Under the pieces are notes generated by a model. The model did not search any database. It was not told where the DNA came from and saw nothing but the letters and a program-made list of their open reading frames with translations. Below, piece after piece: positions 30,061 through 40,408 of a stretch of DNA of 64,000 nt (its first letter is position 1; each line of letters starts with the position of its first letter). The DNA is taken from NCBI GenBank assembly GCA_028715175.1, contig JAQUSJ010000001.1, forward strand, positions 340,550-404,549, written 5' to 3'. Source of the DNA: Candidatus Daviesbacteria bacterium. GTDB taxonomy: Bacteria > Patescibacteriota > Microgenomatia > Daviesbacterales > UBA10151. A program made the translations under genes and the position numbers.

Positions 30061-31158
30061 TTAATGATTTAAAAGATAATCCACAATTACAGTAGAAGGT
30101 CTTTCGTTTAATTGTATCGGTCTTTTTCTATATTTTTTATAATTCTTAAGAAAATTTTTTATAATATGCTCATTATCTTGGCTTATAATTACATTTTTCC
30201 CTAAGCCTTCTATTCTTTCCGTTCTATTCCTTAAGGCGAGTACCGGCAGCCCCATATAAGAAGCTTCTTCTTGGTTAGTACAGCCATCAGTTGCTATGAA
30301 TTCCGCTTGGCTCATTAATTTCATGAAGTTGGTATAGGGTAGTTTCTCAATTGTGATTAATTTGTCTTGTCTATTTCGCGTGAGATTTTTTGGTAAAAGA
30401 TCCTTGTTGAGGAAGTGGATAGAAAATAAACAATTCAGATCAGCAGGGGCATTATTTAAGATTGTGTTGATAATTTTTCCAGTCCACTCTTTTTGAAAAT
30501 AGAGATGTTCCTGACGGCGGATATACAAAATATAATATTTTTTGTATTTTTGTTTAAAATCTAAATTTTTATTTGTCTTCATTGCCCATGTAAAAGCTTC
30601 TATCAATGTATTTTGTTTAGTATCAATCTTTGTTCCTTTAAAGGTTTTTATATTATTTATTGCCCATTGATTTGGGCAAAAAAGAATATCAGCAAGACGC
30701 ATATTTATTACTCTGCAAATTTCTTCCGGGAAAGGCTCTAAAAAGCTAAAAGAACGTAACCCAGACTCTATATGTGCTAACTTAAAACCATGAAATTTTG
30801 CAATTAAAGATCCTATAGTTGAAGAAACTGTGTCTCCATGCACAATAAAGTATGAGTTATTTTTATTTAAATCTTGAAACTCTTTTTTTAAAGAAATAAT
30901 CCCTTCAAACAGAGATTGAAAAGCCCATATAACAAATGAAAACATTGAAGATTTCCTGGGTTTTTCCTTGAGGGCTATATCTGTTTTTATTAAGCCGATA
31001 TAACCTTTTAAATCATCAAAATTGATAGGATTTTGACCGGAAGTAATGACTTTAAATTTTATTTTTTGTTTTTTAAATTCTTTTATCACAGGGGCAAGTT
31101 TGATAAACTCTGCTGTTGTCCCCATAAAAAAATATACCTTCTTTTCTACTGTGCCCAT
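30061..31158 (-). CDS. UDP-N-acetylglucosamine 2-epimerase family protein (divergent)
   Basis: GTTAEFIKLAPV, HGDT, HIESGLRS, PFPEE, QEEA, RTER; several canonical residues altered. Confidence 0.75.
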   Translation of the reverse strand: MGTVEKKVYFFMGTTAEFIKLAPVIKEFKKQKIKFKVITSGQNPINFDDLKGYIGLIKTDIALKEKPRKSSMFSFVIWAFQSLFEGIISLKKEFQDLNKNNSYFIVHGDTVSSTIGSLIAKFHGFKLAHIESGLRSFSFLEPFPEEICRVINMRLADILFCPNQWAINNIKTFKGTKIDTKQNTLIEAFTWAMKTNKNLDFKQKYKKYYILYIRRQEHLYFQKEWTGKIINTILNNAPADLNCLFSIHFLNKDLLPKNLTRNRQDKLITIEKLPYTNFMKLMSQAEFIATDGCTNQEEASYMGLPVLALRNRTERIEGLGKNVIISQDNEHIIKNFLKNYKKYRKRPIQLNERPSTVIVDYLLNH

Positions 31159-31195
31159 TGTTAAGATAGAAGCACTATAATATACTTTTTACGCA

Positions 31196-33901
31196 ATGTC
31201 TATTATCCTAAGATTTAAGTTTCTTCTTCCTTTAATTCTTCTCCCGTTAGTTCTAGTTTTTATTTGGTTCAATAATGGTTTGATTATAGGTAGAGGAGAA
31301 GAAGGGTTGATTTTCTATAATCCTTCTAAAAATTTAGAACTTTCAAAATCAACCTGGGTTGAAATTAATACAGGTATGCCCAATTTATATTGGTTACCGA
31401 GACTACCTGTTTTGTATCTGACATCATTTTTAAATGATAAATTAGGATTGGCTCAATATCTAGTTCAAGCAGGTTTATTTTATTTGCTAATGGTAACTGG
31501 GACTATATCGATGTACTATTTGACACTATCTTTTTTAGAAGCTCACCCTTCAAGGCATTTAATATCTTTTATCTCTGCCCTATTTTATCTAATGAATCCA
31601 TTTTCAATCAGTCAAGTCTGGGGTAGGGGATTATATCCGCAATACTTTTCTTTTGTCTTATTCCCTCTATCTCTATTAATTTTGGTTAAGGCTTTAAAAC
31701 AAAAAAACTATTCTTATTTATTAATATTGATTCTTTCCTCATTAATTTTTTCTTGGTCATTTGGTTTTATCACTTCTTTTACAACTTACTGGTTAATTTT
31801 AGCGGGGTATTTCATTTGGTGGTTAGTAACTAATAAATTAAATAAAAAAGAAATTTTTTCTAGTTTGTCTCTTATGTTATTGTTTTTTTTAGGATGGTTA
31901 TTAGTTAATGCCTGGTGGTTTTTGCCTTTTATTACTGAAGGAAATGAAGTTTTTGCCGAATACTTAAATAATCAGTCAGAAAACTTAGGGACGTTATTAG
32001 GTGTAAGTAGGGCTTTTCCTCCCGATGTAATTATTAGACTCTTGCAGAAGGGATATTTCTTTGATGCTAGCGCATATAGTCAAATTTATTCAACGATTAC
32101 TTTTCAGCTGATTAGTTTTATTCCACCTTTTTTTGTTTTGATTGGTTTGATTAAAACAATTAAAAATAAAAATCCAAACCTTATGAAGTTTAGATTTTTA
32201 GCCGTATTATTAGTGGTGGGACTAGTTGTATCATTAGGTGCTAATCCTCCGTTTGGAAAATTATTCGTTTGGGTTTTTAAAAATTTTATCCCTTTGCAAG
32301 CTTTTAGGAATCCTTTTGAGAAATTTGGTCTTGTTTTTGTTTTAGGTTATTCTCCTTTTTTCGCTTATGGTTTAGTTTATATTTTTGAAAAAATAAAATT
32401 TAAATTTTTAGGATTATTTTTTATAATGTTTTTAATTTGTGGTATTTATGCCTGGCCAATGTGGACCGGACATGTTTTAACAGGAATAGACAAAAAAATA
32501 GGCGTTAATGTCCCGCAGTATTATGAAGATTTAAACGGATGGCTTAAAAATAACGATCCAGAGAATTATCGTTTGTTTACGACACCCATAAGGGGTGGTG
32601 AAGGAGCAACTTTTGGTTGGGACAGTACTACCTATAATGGGGTTGATCCCATGCATTTTATTTTGGATAGAGCTGCTGTTTCTAATGGAGCCCAGATTCC
32701 ATTTTATTACGATTTCGTTCAAGGTATTAGAAAATATATGGAAAGAGAAAACCTTACTCCCGTCCTCTCTCTTTTAAGAGCTAGGTTTTTAATTGATAGG
32801 AAAGATGCGATTCTCGTTACTGATGTAGAGAAAAAACAATATAAATTTTTAACGTCTGGCATATATCTCCCTGTAGGGGGAGAAAGCAATCTTAAAATTA
32901 TCTGCCCAAATATGGCAACAGATTTCAAAGTTAATGGTTTGGCTTGGATAGTTTGTCATATACCGTGGGAAGACAGAGATTTAAATAATATAAAATTTCT
33001 GCATGTAAAGATAAAAACTAATCCCCCAGCAGAGATAATAGTCTCTTTAAGAGATAATAAAGACGTAAGAATCGATTGGAATGGAAGAGTAGATTCAGAT
33101 TATCGGACTGACACCGATGATTGGCAATATATAACTCTTCCTCTGGGTACTCCAACTGAAAACGACAGTCATATGGATTTATCTAAGAGCGCTATACTAG
33201 AAGTATGGGCTTACTCTAAAGATAATTCGGAAAAGTCAGTCGAGCAAATTAATATTTCCGAAATAAAGTTAGATCCAGGGACGGAAACGGGAATAAATGA
33301 ATTTAAGAAAGCTGCAGAATTTGGTAAATTAACAGTTTTTGAACCAATTAATTTTAATCCTCCACCAGAGTTTGGAAATCTAACTTCAGTAAATTTTGTT
33401 AAAAGTTTCCCTCAATTTTTTGAAGAAGCTAATAAAAAAAGAGGTATTCTTGATAAAGAAGGATTTATCTTAATCTCGCAAAATAATCAGAAAAATTTGC
33501 AGGATTTAACGGATGCAGTTTTCGTAGAAGTTACTGATAAGTATAAAATTTCTGGCACCAGATATTGGGTAAAGGTTAATCAGGGTCAGGGTACAGGTTT
33601 GCTAATTTTAAGTAAGACTTTTAATCCGCAATGGAAAATTATAGCTGGTGTAAGCAAAGAAAAGCTTTCAGGTAGTTTTTTTGATGACTTGAATTTACTA
33701 AAAGCAGTTGTTCTGTCTGAAGAGAATCATTTTGTAGTAAACGGTTATGCTAATCTTTGGACTTTTGAAAATGATCAAAATCAATTAGCTATTGTTTTTC
33801 TTCCTCAAGTTTATGCAGACTTGGGATTAAAGATATCTGTAGCTTCTGTAGGCATACTTATATTAATTTGGGGAATATCTTCTATTATTAAAAAGATATA
33901 G
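31196..33901 (+). CDS. AftD/YfhO-like large GT-C membrane glycosyltransferase with inserted CBM-like domain
   Basis: FYLMNPF, NAWW, FRNPFEKFG, WPMWTG, VPQYY, FNPQW, NGYANLW, terminal TM. Confidence 0.65.
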   Translation: MSIILRFKFLLPLILLPLVLVFIWFNNGLIIGRGEEGLIFYNPSKNLELSKSTWVEINTGMPNLYWLPRLPVLYLTSFLNDKLGLAQYLVQAGLFYLLMVTGTISMYYLTLSFLEAHPSRHLISFISALFYLMNPFSISQVWGRGLYPQYFSFVLFPLSLLILVKALKQKNYSYLLILILSSLIFSWSFGFITSFTTYWLILAGYFIWWLVTNKLNKKEIFSSLSLMLLFFLGWLLVNAWWFLPFITEGNEVFAEYLNNQSENLGTLLGVSRAFPPDVIIRLLQKGYFFDASAYSQIYSTITFQLISFIPPFFVLIGLIKTIKNKNPNLMKFRFLAVLLVVGLVVSLGANPPFGKLFVWVFKNFIPLQAFRNPFEKFGLVFVLGYSPFFAYGLVYIFEKIKFKFLGLFFIMFLICGIYAWPMWTGHVLTGIDKKIGVNVPQYYEDLNGWLKNNDPENYRLFTTPIRGGEGATFGWDSTTYNGVDPMHFILDRAAVSNGAQIPFYYDFVQGIRKYMERENLTPVLSLLRARFLIDRKDAILVTDVEKKQYKFLTSGIYLPVGGESNLKIICPNMATDFKVNGLAWIVCHIPWEDRDLNNIKFLHVKIKTNPPAEIIVSLRDNKDVRIDWNGRVDSDYRTDTDDWQYITLPLGTPTENDSHMDLSKSAILEVWAYSKDNSEKSVEQINISEIKLDPGTETGINEFKKAAEFGKLTVFEPINFNPPPEFGNLTSVNFVKSFPQFFEEANKKRGILDKEGFILISQNNQKNLQDLTDAVFVEVTDKYKISGTRYWVKVNQGQGTGLLILSKTFNPQWKIIAGVSKEKLSGSFFDDLNLLKAVVLSEENHFVVNGYANLWTFENDQNQLAIVFLPQVYADLGLKISVASVGILILIWGISSIIKKI

Positions 33902-33938
33902 TTCATTGTATACTACAATCTAATTTAACCAAATTAAA

Positions 33939-36299
33939 ATGGAAGTTTTGATTTACTTAAAAACAATAGGTTTAATTTTAATCCTCTCCATTTGCGGATT
34001 TATAATTGTCAGAAGGATTTGTAATGACGTCCGTATCCAGATATTGCTTCCTACAGCAGTTATAACAGGGATGGCGCTTTATGTTTTTCTCCTGAACCTA
34101 GTAGCCTATATCATTAAAGGACCATCAGGATTTTATGTAGCTTTGGCGTTTGAAATCCTGTTGACGTACTTTTTAAAAGTAAAAATTAAACCTAAAGAAA
34201 TTATTTTTCCCCCAAAAAAAGAAAAAGCAGTTTGGATAATTTCTTTGTTAATCTGGTTCATTTTTTTGTTTCAAATTTGCGCAACTGGAAATGCCTCGAG
34301 TTGGGATTGGCTTTATCACTCAATACTTTCTTCTTTATTTGTCAGAGGTGATTTTCCAATACACACCCCTTTTCAACCTGATCGATTATCATCTTCTCAT
34401 GTTGGAGTACCGGAAATTTTAGGGTCATTAAGATTGTTTACAGGCGGAACTTATACTTTTTTAGGATCAACCATTTCACTAATTACTTTATTTGCAATAT
34501 CACAAATACTTCAGTGGATTCTTAAAATAAAAAACAGTATTTTTAATTTAATACTTCTTATATTTATTCCTCTGACAGCAATTGTGTCTCTGGGTAATTT
34601 TATGATTGTCTGGCCATACCAATTTAGTTTTCCTCAGATTGGCAATGGCATAATTAGTTGGCTTCATAATTTGCCAACTCTTTATAGCACTTACAATTCG
34701 TATGGAGCTCCGGTTTCATTAGATAGTTTAAATCTTTTTCTTCACCGGATGTTTGCGCTGTCAATTTTTTCAGCATTAATACCCCTTGCTTTATTCCCAA
34801 ATAAATTAAAAAGTTTTTTTTCTTCAGCCATAATTTTGATTTTACTTGCAGGATTAGCTCTTTCTGATGAGTCAGTTTTTATCGTGACAACCCCGGTTAT
34901 TATTTTAATATTATTTTTTACCTTGTTTAAAAAAAATATAAAGTTTTGGATTTTATTCTGTATGATTACTCTTGGTATAATCGTATTTCAAGGAGGACTT
35001 GTTAATGAAGTAATTTTCAAATCCAATACAACAATCGCAAAAGTATTGTTATTTCCAGACGATAATAAAGATCCTGCTGCAAGATTTGAAAAATACCGTT
35101 CCTATAGATTGGAAGCGCAATCCAGCAAGATGATTCCTGAAAAGAAAGAGTATAGTCCTTTCAGGTGGTTTCATTTTGGTGCTATATGGCAAGTAAGCGC
35201 TTTATTTATTGCATGTTTCGTATTTACTATAATTTTTAAAAACAAATTAACAGATAAATCGCCTTTGTATTTAACATGGTTGTTTTGTCTCTCGGGACTA
35301 ATTGCACTGGTTGCTTTTCATGGTATCGTACCTGAAGGTTGGACACATATAAACGGTAACCGTTTTCTATCTTTGTCTTATCAATTGTCAGGTATTGGAA
35401 TTATGATTTTTATCATTTTGGGTTGGATAAATCTTAAGGCTACAAATAGTTTTAGCAAATATTATTCTGTTGCCATAAAGATTTTCCTAGCATGGTTTGT
35501 GATAACATCCATTCTTCCAACTTTGGCTATTTTATTTCCAAGACAAAAGCAAAATTGGTTCAAAACAGTGATTGATTCTCCGAAAGCTGAACAGGTATGG
35601 ATAAAAGACAATTTAAAGGTAGATATAAGAATACTTCCTTTCATGGAAAAATTCCCTACCTCGGGATCTGTTCTGGAGGTAATTAATAATGTAGGAATAT
35701 TTACTCCTGTTTGGTACGAAGAGCCTGCAGCACAAGGTTTTGATGTCTCCCCTCCTTATTTAGATCTTTTCTTTACTCAAAATCCGGAAATTTTAAAAAT
35801 CTTAAAAGTAGATTATATTATGACAAATAAATCATATCGATCTATTCTTCCAGCCAAGCGGCTTGCCGATTTGAATAATCTAGAATATTTTAAGACCGTT
35901 TATAGTGACAAAGAAGGAGATGTGATAATTTCAAAAATTTTGCCTGATTATTTACTAAAGGCAGAAAATTATAAAGGCACATTTTACGAATTATCACAAA
36001 TTTTACCTGCAAAAGGCGCTTTTTTTATCGAACAGCCTTCTGGGATTGTAGAAGGAGTTTGGAGAGTAGCTTTTCTAACTTTGCAAATGCATAATTATCA
36101 GATGTATTATAGCTTAAAATTTATTCCTGTTTATAATTTCATTATTAATGTGCACTTGAAATTTAATGGTGAATCAAATAACAGGTATGATTATCTGGTA
36201 TTGGGACCAAAGACAGATCCGCAATCGATAGTAAAAACTCAGACTACATTAGTCTGGTCACAAATAGCAGGATATTTGAATGTATGGAAAGTAAACTAA
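33939..36299 (+). CDS. Large polytopic membrane protein, probable GT-C-like glycosyltransferase
   Basis: About 13 hydrophobic segments; DW..H..L....RGDFP..P loop; soluble C-terminal domain with W+KDN and VDYI patterns. Confidence 0.45.
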   Translation: MEVLIYLKTIGLILILSICGFIIVRRICNDVRIQILLPTAVITGMALYVFLLNLVAYIIKGPSGFYVALAFEILLTYFLKVKIKPKEIIFPPKKEKAVWIISLLIWFIFLFQICATGNASSWDWLYHSILSSLFVRGDFPIHTPFQPDRLSSSHVGVPEILGSLRLFTGGTYTFLGSTISLITLFAISQILQWILKIKNSIFNLILLIFIPLTAIVSLGNFMIVWPYQFSFPQIGNGIISWLHNLPTLYSTYNSYGAPVSLDSLNLFLHRMFALSIFSALIPLALFPNKLKSFFSSAIILILLAGLALSDESVFIVTTPVIILILFFTLFKKNIKFWILFCMITLGIIVFQGGLVNEVIFKSNTTIAKVLLFPDDNKDPAARFEKYRSYRLEAQSSKMIPEKKEYSPFRWFHFGAIWQVSALFIACFVFTIIFKNKLTDKSPLYLTWLFCLSGLIALVAFHGIVPEGWTHINGNRFLSLSYQLSGIGIMIFIILGWINLKATNSFSKYYSVAIKIFLAWFVITSILPTLAILFPRQKQNWFKTVIDSPKAEQVWIKDNLKVDIRILPFMEKFPTSGSVLEVINNVGIFTPVWYEEPAAQGFDVSPPYLDLFFTQNPEILKILKVDYIMTNKSYRSILPAKRLADLNNLEYFKTVYSDKEGDVIISKILPDYLLKAENYKGTFYELSQILPAKGAFFIEQPSGIVEGVWRVAFLTLQMHNYQMYYSLKFIPVYNFIINVHLKFNGESNNRYDYLVLGPKTDPQSIVKTQTTLVWSQIAGYLNVWKVN

Positions 36300-36307
36300 A
36301 ATAGAGT

Positions 36308-37267
36308 ATGCCAAAAATATATCTTTCAATTATTGTACCTTTTTATAACGAAGTATCAAATTTGCCAGTACTGAATAAGGAATTATTGAAGGTCGTTGCG
36401 GCTATTAAGAGTAAATGTGAAATTATTTATGTGGATGATGCCTCAACTGATGGTTCTGTATATAGTTTGGTAAAGGATATTAAGAATAATGGAAACAAAA
36501 AAATCGATATTAAGCTTATATCGTTAAGAAAGAACTTTGGGCAAACAGCCGCAATTTCAGCAGGAATTGATTACGCAAATGGGGAAATAGTGGCAATTTT
36601 GGATGCAGACTTGCAAAATGATCCGACAGATCTGATAGTCATGATAGGGAAGCTGGAAATAGGATTTGACGCGGTTGTCGGATGGAGAAGAAATCGTCAA
36701 GATGGAAGCTCGCGAGTTCTTTTATCAAAGGTTGCCAACTGGCTAATCAGAATAATTTTTAAAACTCCTTTTCATGATTTGGGTTGTTCGCTGAAAGTAA
36801 TAAAAAGAAATTTTTTGAAAGATACCAGGTTTTATGGAGAATCGCATCGTTTAATATCTATCCTTTTATTCTGGAAAGGTGCAGCGGTTGAGGAAGTAAT
36901 AGTCAATCATAGGAAAAGACTTACCGGGCAATCAAAATACGGTTATTCACGGATAATAAAACTGATTCTTGATTTAGTTACATCCAAATTTTTAAGTGCT
37001 TATGGTACAAAACCAGCTTATGTTTTCGGTACATTTGGGATACTTAGTATTTTTGTAAGTATTCCCTTAATGGGGATGGTTTTGTATGATAAGTTTTACC
37101 ATGGTGTTTATGTACACAAAAATCCTCTATTTTTGATAGCCAGCTTTTTGATTTTACTGGGAATTCAGTTTTTGCTAATGGGTCTTCTGGCGGAGCTTAT
37201 TGTCAGGACTTATTTTGAAACCCAAAAGAAAACAACATATGAAATTAAAAATACAAAGGTTTACTAA
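36308..37267 (+). CDS. GT2, ArnC-like polyprenol-phosphate glycosyltransferase
   Basis: VPFYNE, VDDASTDG, NFGQTAA, DADLQNDP, DLGCSLK, GESHR, 2 C-terminal TM helices. Confidence 0.9.
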   Translation: MPKIYLSIIVPFYNEVSNLPVLNKELLKVVAAIKSKCEIIYVDDASTDGSVYSLVKDIKNNGNKKIDIKLISLRKNFGQTAAISAGIDYANGEIVAILDADLQNDPTDLIVMIGKLEIGFDAVVGWRRNRQDGSSRVLLSKVANWLIRIIFKTPFHDLGCSLKVIKRNFLKDTRFYGESHRLISILLFWKGAAVEEVIVNHRKRLTGQSKYGYSRIIKLILDLVTSKFLSAYGTKPAYVFGTFGILSIFVSIPLMGMVLYDKFYHGVYVHKNPLFLIASFLILLGIQFLLMGLLAELIVRTYFETQKKTTYEIKNTKVY

Positions 37268-39114
37268 TGTGCGGAATTACAGGAATCGTAAGTTTTGATA
37301 AACCAATAGGAAGAAAAAATCTTTCTAAGATGCTCTCTCAAATTAAGTATAGAGGTCCTGATCAAAGAGGGACGTATATTAAGCCACATGTTTCTATGGG
37401 TATCCAAAGACTTAGCATCATTGATGTTATTACCGGTAATCAGCCTATTGAGAATGAGGACGGCAGTATTGCTGTTGTTTTTAATGGTGAAATTTATAAC
37501 TACCGTGAGTTAACTGAGAATTTAATAAAAAAGGGGCACATATTTAAGACTAAATCTGATACTGAGGTTTTGGTTCATTTGTATGAAGTTTACGGTGAAG
37601 ATATGAGTAAATATATAAACGGGATGTTCGCATTTGCCGTTTGGGACAGAAAAAGACAATTAATCTTTATTTCAAGAGATCCAGTGGGTATTAAACCTTT
37701 ATACTATTTTCAGAAGGGTGAGGAGTTAATCTTTGGGTCGGAATTAAAAACAATTTTAACTGATGAAAGCTTAAAAAGAGAGATTAATATTGATGCGCTA
37801 AGGATATATTCTTTATTCGGATATATTTCTTCGAATACTTCTATTTTTAAAAATATACATAAACTTCCTCCAGGAAGTAATTTAATTTTTTCCAAAACCA
37901 GAAAAAAAATTGTTAATTATTATTCTGTAGATTCTAAGAATTTTTCAGATGATCAGAATATAGATAAAATTTTAGAAGAAGCAGTAATATCACAATCTAT
38001 AGCCGATGTCCCTTTGGGGGTGTTATTGAGCGGAGGAATAGATTCCAGTCTAATTAGCTACTACCTTACTCAAAAACTGGGTAAAAGCATAAAAAGTTTT
38101 TCAATAGGCTTTGAGGAGAAAAGTTTTGACGAATCGTCGTATGCAAGAATAGTAGCTAAAATTTTAAAAACTGATCATTATCAAGAAAACTTTAGTTCCA
38201 AGGATGTCTATAGGTTGTTCCCAACAATGATAGAAAAAATGGATGAACCTTTAGCAGATCCCTCTCTTTTTCCTACATTTAAACTTTCTGCTTTGGCAAG
38301 AAAACACGTGAAAGTTGTTTTGAGTGGTGATGGGGGAGATGAACTTTTTGGTGGGTATCCCACATATCAGGGTCACTTGTTAGCTGAAAAATTAAATAAA
38401 TTCTTTCCTAAGTCTTTAGTTGATGCAGGGTTATGGTTAGTTGATCTTTCTGGTTCCTCTTTTGATAATTACCCGTTTGCAGAAACGACGAAAAGATTTT
38501 TAGGGGGTATTAACAAAGAGGGGATGCAAAGACACTTAGAATGGATGTCTCTGTATGGTTTAGAGAATTTATTGAGCAAGGAATTTTCAAGGAGTCAGAT
38601 TTTTAATGACAAATTATTTGAGAATTTCGAAAAGAAAATAGCAAAGATTACTAAAAAAACACCAACAAAATATCAGCTTTTGGATTTTTATACCTATTTA
38701 ACTGATGATCTTTTGGTAAAGATTGATAGGGCGTCTATGTTTAATTCCCTAGAAGTAAGGGTTCCTTTTTTAGATCTTAAAGTTATTCAATATGCGTTTA
38801 ACTTGCAACATAATCATGTTAGTTTATTTGAAACGAAAAGAATTTTAAGAGAGTTACTAAAAAAACATCTTCCTTCATCTATTGTGGATAGGAAGAAGAA
38901 AGGGTTTGGTATACCCCTTTCTAAATGGATTTATGCAGACCTAAAAAATTTAGTAAATGAGCATTTAGAAAATGAAGATTTATATAATTACTTTGATAAA
39001 GACAAGGTAAAAACGTTGCGGGATGATCATATGAAAAAAAGGCGAAATAATTCCAAGGTTTTATGGATGCTTACTATATTCAGCGGGTGGTTGAATAAAT
39101 GGTATGGTAATTAA
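37267..39114 (+). CDS. asnB: Asparagine synthase (glutamine-hydrolysing)-type amidotransferase, probably amidating a sugar or glycan
   Basis: N-terminal MCGI, RGPD, RLSIID, FNGEIYN, LSGGIDSS, SGDGGDELFGGY, DRASM..SLEVRVPFLD, KKGF. Confidence 0.88.
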   Translation: MCGITGIVSFDKPIGRKNLSKMLSQIKYRGPDQRGTYIKPHVSMGIQRLSIIDVITGNQPIENEDGSIAVVFNGEIYNYRELTENLIKKGHIFKTKSDTEVLVHLYEVYGEDMSKYINGMFAFAVWDRKRQLIFISRDPVGIKPLYYFQKGEELIFGSELKTILTDESLKREINIDALRIYSLFGYISSNTSIFKNIHKLPPGSNLIFSKTRKKIVNYYSVDSKNFSDDQNIDKILEEAVISQSIADVPLGVLLSGGIDSSLISYYLTQKLGKSIKSFSIGFEEKSFDESSYARIVAKILKTDHYQENFSSKDVYRLFPTMIEKMDEPLADPSLFPTFKLSALARKHVKVVLSGDGGDELFGGYPTYQGHLLAEKLNKFFPKSLVDAGLWLVDLSGSSFDNYPFAETTKRFLGGINKEGMQRHLEWMSLYGLENLLSKEFSRSQIFNDKLFENFEKKIAKITKKTPTKYQLLDFYTYLTDDLLVKIDRASMFNSLEVRVPFLDLKVIQYAFNLQHNHVSLFETKRILRELLKKHLPSSIVDRKKKGFGIPLSKWIYADLKNLVNEHLENEDLYNYFDKDKVKTLRDDHMKKRRNNSKVLWMLTIFSGWLNKWYGN

Positions 39115-40015
39115 GCAACTTTTTAATTCCTTCATCAATTGAGGTGATTGGTCTCCATTTAAGTAATTTTTTAGCTTTGTTGATATCAGCCTTTTTAAAC
39201 TTTTCTTCATACGGTCTAGGAGGAAGGAATTGAACATTACTTTTAAATAATTTTGCCATTTCTCTGATTGACTTTTGTTGTCCTCCGCCTAAATTTAATA
39301 TCTCGAAAGGACGCCTTAGTTTAGTAGTCATACCCAGTATTAATCCTCTTACTACATCAGTTATATAGGTAAAATCGCGGGTTTGGTCTCCTTTTCCGTA
39401 GATTGTTAATGGTTGCTTGTTCTTGATTTGTTCTAACCATTTAGTAAAAACTAATTTATAAGAACCTTTGGAAAACATTCTTGGGCCATAAACATTAAAC
39501 AGTCTAAAAATAATAATTTCTAAATTATAAGTTTGGCTGTAAATTTTGGAGTAATATTCACCCATCAATTTTTGATATGCATAGGGATTTTGGGGATTAG
39601 GTTGTAAAGATTCAAACAACGGTAAGCGTTTTTGGATCCCATAAACTGAGGAAGAGGATATGAAGAAGAATCGTTTAATCTTTAGTTGTCTTGCAAGCTC
39701 TAGAGCAACTATGGTTCCCTCTACGTTTGCCTGATGTGTTCCAATTGGGTCATCGATTGATCTTTCTATCCTTGGAAGAGCAGCTAGATGAAAAATATAA
39801 TCTGTATCCTTTAAAATTTTAGGTATTCTTTTTAGCACTTTTTCTATTGATAAGGATAAATTTAGGATTTTGACTTTTGTTTTACTTTTCTCCAAATTTT
39901 TTATGCTACCAGTGGAAAAATTATCAATAATTATTACATTGTGATTTTGTTTGACTAAGGCATCTACTAAGTGTGATCCAATAAAACCGGCACCTCCGGT
40001 AACTAAAATTTTCAT
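39080..40015 (-). CDS. NAD-dependent nucleotide-sugar epimerase/dehydratase
   Basis: GGAGFIGSH, HLAA, SSSSVYG, YAYQK, RLFNVYGP, QTRDFTY. Confidence 0.88.
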   Translation of the reverse strand: MKILVTGGAGFIGSHLVDALVKQNHNVIIIDNFSTGSIKNLEKSKTKVKILNLSLSIEKVLKRIPKILKDTDYIFHLAALPRIERSIDDPIGTHQANVEGTIVALELARQLKIKRFFFISSSSVYGIQKRLPLFESLQPNPQNPYAYQKLMGEYYSKIYSQTYNLEIIIFRLFNVYGPRMFSKGSYKLVFTKWLEQIKNKQPLTIYGKGDQTRDFTYITDVVRGLILGMTTKLRRPFEILNLGGGQQKSIREMAKLFKSNVQFLPPRPYEEKFKKADINKAKKLLKWRPITSIDEGIKKLLNYHTIYSTTR

Positions 40016-40125
40016 GATTTACTTACACTTTAATTAAGCAGTGGAATATTAATAGATTCATATATAAATTACAATTCTCCCCTTAGGTATAAATATTTTG
40101 TGGTAGTTATGTTAATATAATATTT

Positions 40126-40332
40126 ATGAAATTAGTGCTTGTATTAATACTATTTTGGGTTTTAGTTTTTCCAAAGAATGCAAATGCCTATCTTGATCCG
40201 GGGAGTGGTAGCTATATCATTTTTAATGAATACTTTGTGGAACAACTTCCTTTACTTGAAGACATAAGCTATGCGCAAGTAAGGTACCGTACACCTTATA
40301 ATGTTTTTAATGTGACAAATTTAATGAAATGA
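40126..40332 (+). pseudogene. Small LDPGSG-motif protein, probably a chimeric deletion remnant
   Basis: Signal peptide ending ANA-YLDPGSGSYI, then IFNEYF..LPLLEDISY..PYNVFNVT in place of the hydrophobic helix expected for this family (from recall). Confidence 0.45.
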
Positions 40333-40355
40333 TTATTAGTATCTAAAAATAGCTT

Positions 40356-40390
40356 AAGAGAGTATCTTAGTAAGATACTCTCTTCTTTTT
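40356..40390. terminator. Perfect 14-bp inverted repeat, likely (bidirectional) intrinsic terminator
   Basis: AAGAGAGTATCTTA-G-TAAGATACTCTCTT followed by CTTTTT, between convergent ORFs. Confidence 0.7.
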
Positions 40391-40408
40391 ATCGGAGAAA
40401 ACAGCTTT

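Noticed and set aside
37267-39114. Housekeeping asparagine biosynthesis or lasso-peptide cyclase role
   Set aside because: It is coupled to an ArnC-like GT2 within a glycan locus and no precursor peptide or B protein is seen; glycan amidation is more parsimonious but unproven.
40356-40384. Palindrome as a CRISPR repeat or recombination site
   Set aside because: Single copy, followed by a T-run between convergent genes; this fits a terminator.
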